A stretch of DNA of 51,105 nucleotides from a virus. Where the stretch lies: the IMG/VR virus record IMGVR_UViG_3300045988_086227; one strand, written 5' to 3'. A program made the position numbers and the translations under genes. The notes beneath the pieces are model-generated. The model was not told where the DNA came from. It made no database searches and worked only from the letters and a program-made list of their open reading frames with translations. Each line of letters starts with the position of its first letter. The first letter of the stretch is position 1. Shown in pieces: positions 49,550 to 51,105 of the stretch.

Positions 49550-50256
49550 AAAAGTATGAGTTTACTGGCGAGGTAAAGAGCATCGACGAAAAGATGCTGC
49601 ATCGAATCCGGGCAGTGCGCGACATCCCGGAACACAACGTGAAGGCTGGCGACTTGGGCGGCTGGCTCGAAACAGAGGAAAATCTTTCACACAACGGCGC
49701 AGCTTGGGTGATGAATTCGGCGTATGTGATGGGAAAGGCGCGCGTAATGGGGAAGGCGTTGGTGGCGGATTCGGCGTTGGTGATGGATTCGGCGTATGTG
49801 ACGGGAAAGGCGCGCGTGACGGGGAAGGCGTTGGTGGCGGATTCGGCGTCGGTGATGGATTCGGCGCATGTGATGGATTTCGCGCGTGTGATGGGAAATG
49901 CGTTGGTGACGGATTCGGCGCGTGTGATGGGAAATGCGTTGGTGATGGATTCGGCGTATGTGATGGGAAAGGCGCGCGTGACGGATTCGGCACGTGTGAT
50001 GGGAAATGCGCGCGTAATGGACGCGTCTGATTACATCGCTATCGGAGCAATCGGAAGCCGTAACGACACAACCACTTTTTACCGTGGCAAAGATGGGGGA
50101 ATATATGTCTCCTGCGGATGCTTCAACGGCACGATTGACGACTTTGCCGCAAAAGTCAAGCAAGTCCATGCCGGGACAAAGCATGAAAGGACGTACTTGC
50201 TTGCAATAGAACTGGCAAAGGCGCAGATTGCGACGGAGGAGGAAAATGATGGCTGA
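49546..50256 (+). CDS. Hexad-repeat (beta-helix-like) protein
   Basis: 19 consecutive hexads of the form x-x-x-A-x-V (MGKARV, MGKALV, ADSALV, MDSAYV...). The C-terminus is IGSRNDTTTFYRGKDGGIYVSCGCFNGTIDDFAAKV. Confidence 0.65.
   Translation: MKKYEFTGEVKSIDEKMLHRIRAVRDIPEHNVKAGDLGGWLETEENLSHNGAAWVMNSAYVMGKARVMGKALVADSALVMDSAYVTGKARVTGKALVADSASVMDSAHVMDFARVMGNALVTDSARVMGNALVMDSAYVMGKARVTDSARVMGNARVMDASDYIAIGAIGSRNDTTTFYRGKDGGIYVSCGCFNGTIDDFAAKVKQVHAGTKHERTYLLAIELAKAQIATEEENDG
49693..50034 (+). repeat. 19 tandem 18-bp coding repeats
   Basis: The 18-nt periodicity is visible in the DNA (ggattcggcg..gtgatgg..a.gcg...). It generates spurious ORFs in other frames and on the other strand. Confidence 0.85.
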
Positions 50257-50557
50257 CCGAAAAATAACGGCTATGCACCGCGAATACGGGCAAGACACTG
50301 CGCATAGGTGCGCGGACTGCTCGAATCTCTGTGCCTACGCAACATCAAGCTGCACGCGGTACAAGTGCGCGGCATACGGTGCAAGCGGGTCTGCGGCGAG
50401 TGATTGGGCGAAAAGTTGGACGGCTTGCGGGATGTATGGGCATCCGGCACGCAAAGGAGACACACCGCTGTTTGAAAGGTTGAAACATGCCAAACGGAAG
50501 GCGGACGTTGAGCCGCTTGACGGACAAATCAGTATGTGGGAGGAGGATAAAGCATGA
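50246..50557 (+). CDS. Cys-rich hypothetical protein
   Basis: ATG follows GAGGAGG. Sequence CADCSNLC...CTRYKC...ACG. Confidence 0.5.
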   Translation: MMADRKITAMHREYGQDTAHRCADCSNLCAYATSSCTRYKCAAYGASGSAASDWAKSWTACGMYGHPARKGDTPLFERLKHAKRKADVEPLDGQISMWEEDKA

Positions 50558-50784
50558 AGAACAAAGACGTGCTGGTTGCTGCGCTGAATGGCGCGATAGA
50601 TGACGGCGGCGACACCCTGAAAGAAACAATTGACCATCTCATCCGCTGCCCATACATGAGCGCATACAGCTTGATAAGCTACGGACACGCGCACCCGCTG
50701 TGCGCAGACCAGGACGGGACGGCAAGCCGCGACAGGTGCGCCGTCTGCATCGGAAAATGGCTGAACGCGGAGGTGAACACATGA
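50554..50784 (+). CDS. Cys-rich hypothetical protein
   Basis: 76 aa with ATGA overlaps at both ends. Confidence 0.45.
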   Translation: MKNKDVLVAALNGAIDDGGDTLKETIDHLIRCPYMSAYSLISYGHAHPLCADQDGTASRDRCAVCIGKWLNAEVNT

Positions 50785-51105
50785 ACAGGCAGCAGCGTCG
50801 GGCGCAGAAGAACCAACCCAAGACGCAGGCACAATTCGACGAGGACGTGTACCGCGAGGGCTTCCGAGACGGCGCGACATCCACCTTCAAGATGGCATAC
50901 GCGGCAGTCTGTCTTGTCCTCCACCGGGACTATGGCTTCGGGCAAGGGCGCTGCCACAAGGTGCTTTCTGCCCTCGACGCGGAAATGTCACCCGGCGGGC
51001 AGTTGACCATCCAAGGAGCGATAGATCAGGTCTACGACGAAATCGGACTGGCGCTCAACTTCGACGAGCCGTTCGACCGTATCGAGAAAATGGAGGCAAA
51101 AAAGA
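50781..51105 (+). CDS. Hypothetical protein spanning the circular junction (cut by the window end; finishes at 100..104)
   Basis: ATG 50781 overlaps the upstream TGA, and the frame stays open to the window end. With the repeat collapsed it encodes 109 aa ending ...IEKMEAKKT. Absent from the ORF track because no stop lies inside the window. Confidence 0.6.
   Translation, partial: MNRQQRRAQKNQPKTQAQFDEDVYREGFRDGATSTFKMAYAAVCLVLHRDYGFGQGRCHKVLSALDAEMSPGGQLTIQGAIDQVYDEIGLALNFDEPFDRIEKMEAKK

Noticed and set aside
49562-50030. ORFs 49562..49993 (-), 49704..50030 (+) and 49687..50298 (-) with striking repetitive proteins.
   Set aside because: They are alternative-frame and antisense readings of the 18-bp periodic repeat of the hexad-repeat gene. 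They have no RBS.

Overview
The window is a complete temperate phage genome of about 51.0 kb. Bases 1-99 are identical to 51007-51105, so the contig closes on itself and one gene spans the junction. The phage looks Firmicutes/Clostridia-type: strong GGAGG ribosome-binding sites, a large serine integrase, PBSX/Xkd-like contractile-tail genes and a CHAP endolysin. All family names come from motif recognition by eye, not from database searches.

Gene order on the + strand:
- DNA methyltransferase, terS, terL, portal
- an inserted SGNH-esterase/LamG gene plus a fibre-like gene
- a MuF head-morphogenesis protein fused to an R-S-ExE ADP-ribosyltransferase toxin domain
- a separately promoted and terminated Cys-rich ORF
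- a terminator-bounded cassette of five fibre-like genes
- tRNA-Ile(UAU)
- scaffold, decoration-like protein, major capsid, neck proteins, sheath, tube, tail chaperone
- a tape measure gene interrupted by a 204-nt intervening sequence
- baseplate genes, tail fibre, holin, endolysin

On the - strand are an operon of tiny ORFs, a candidate attP, a large serine integrase and two XRE repressors.

The + strand then resumes with:
- a cro-like switch
- the recombination module: YqaJ exonuclease, DUF1351-like protein, RecT and SSB
- the replication module: a resolvase, a replisome organizer and a DnaC-like loader
- MazG and a DUF1492-like late regulator
- an array of Lar-like zinc-ribbon paralogs
- a hexad-repeat protein

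Most notable observations:
1. A putative ORF-less group I intron lies in the tape-measure gene.
2. The lysogeny-side micro-ORF operon has an exact-consensus promoter, an embedded palindromic operator and a terminal RHH gene. A second exact-consensus promoter fires convergently into it.
3. A MuF-ART toxin sits next to a candidate immunity cassette.
4. Extra fibre/esterase cassettes sit inside the head module.
5. An HsdM-like protein lacks the catalytic NPPF/Y motif.
6. The tail-chaperone extension lies in the +1/-2 frame rather than -1.
7. The phage carries a tRNA with a UAU anticodon.

I recognised no CRISPR array, rRNA gene, reverse transcriptase or transposase.
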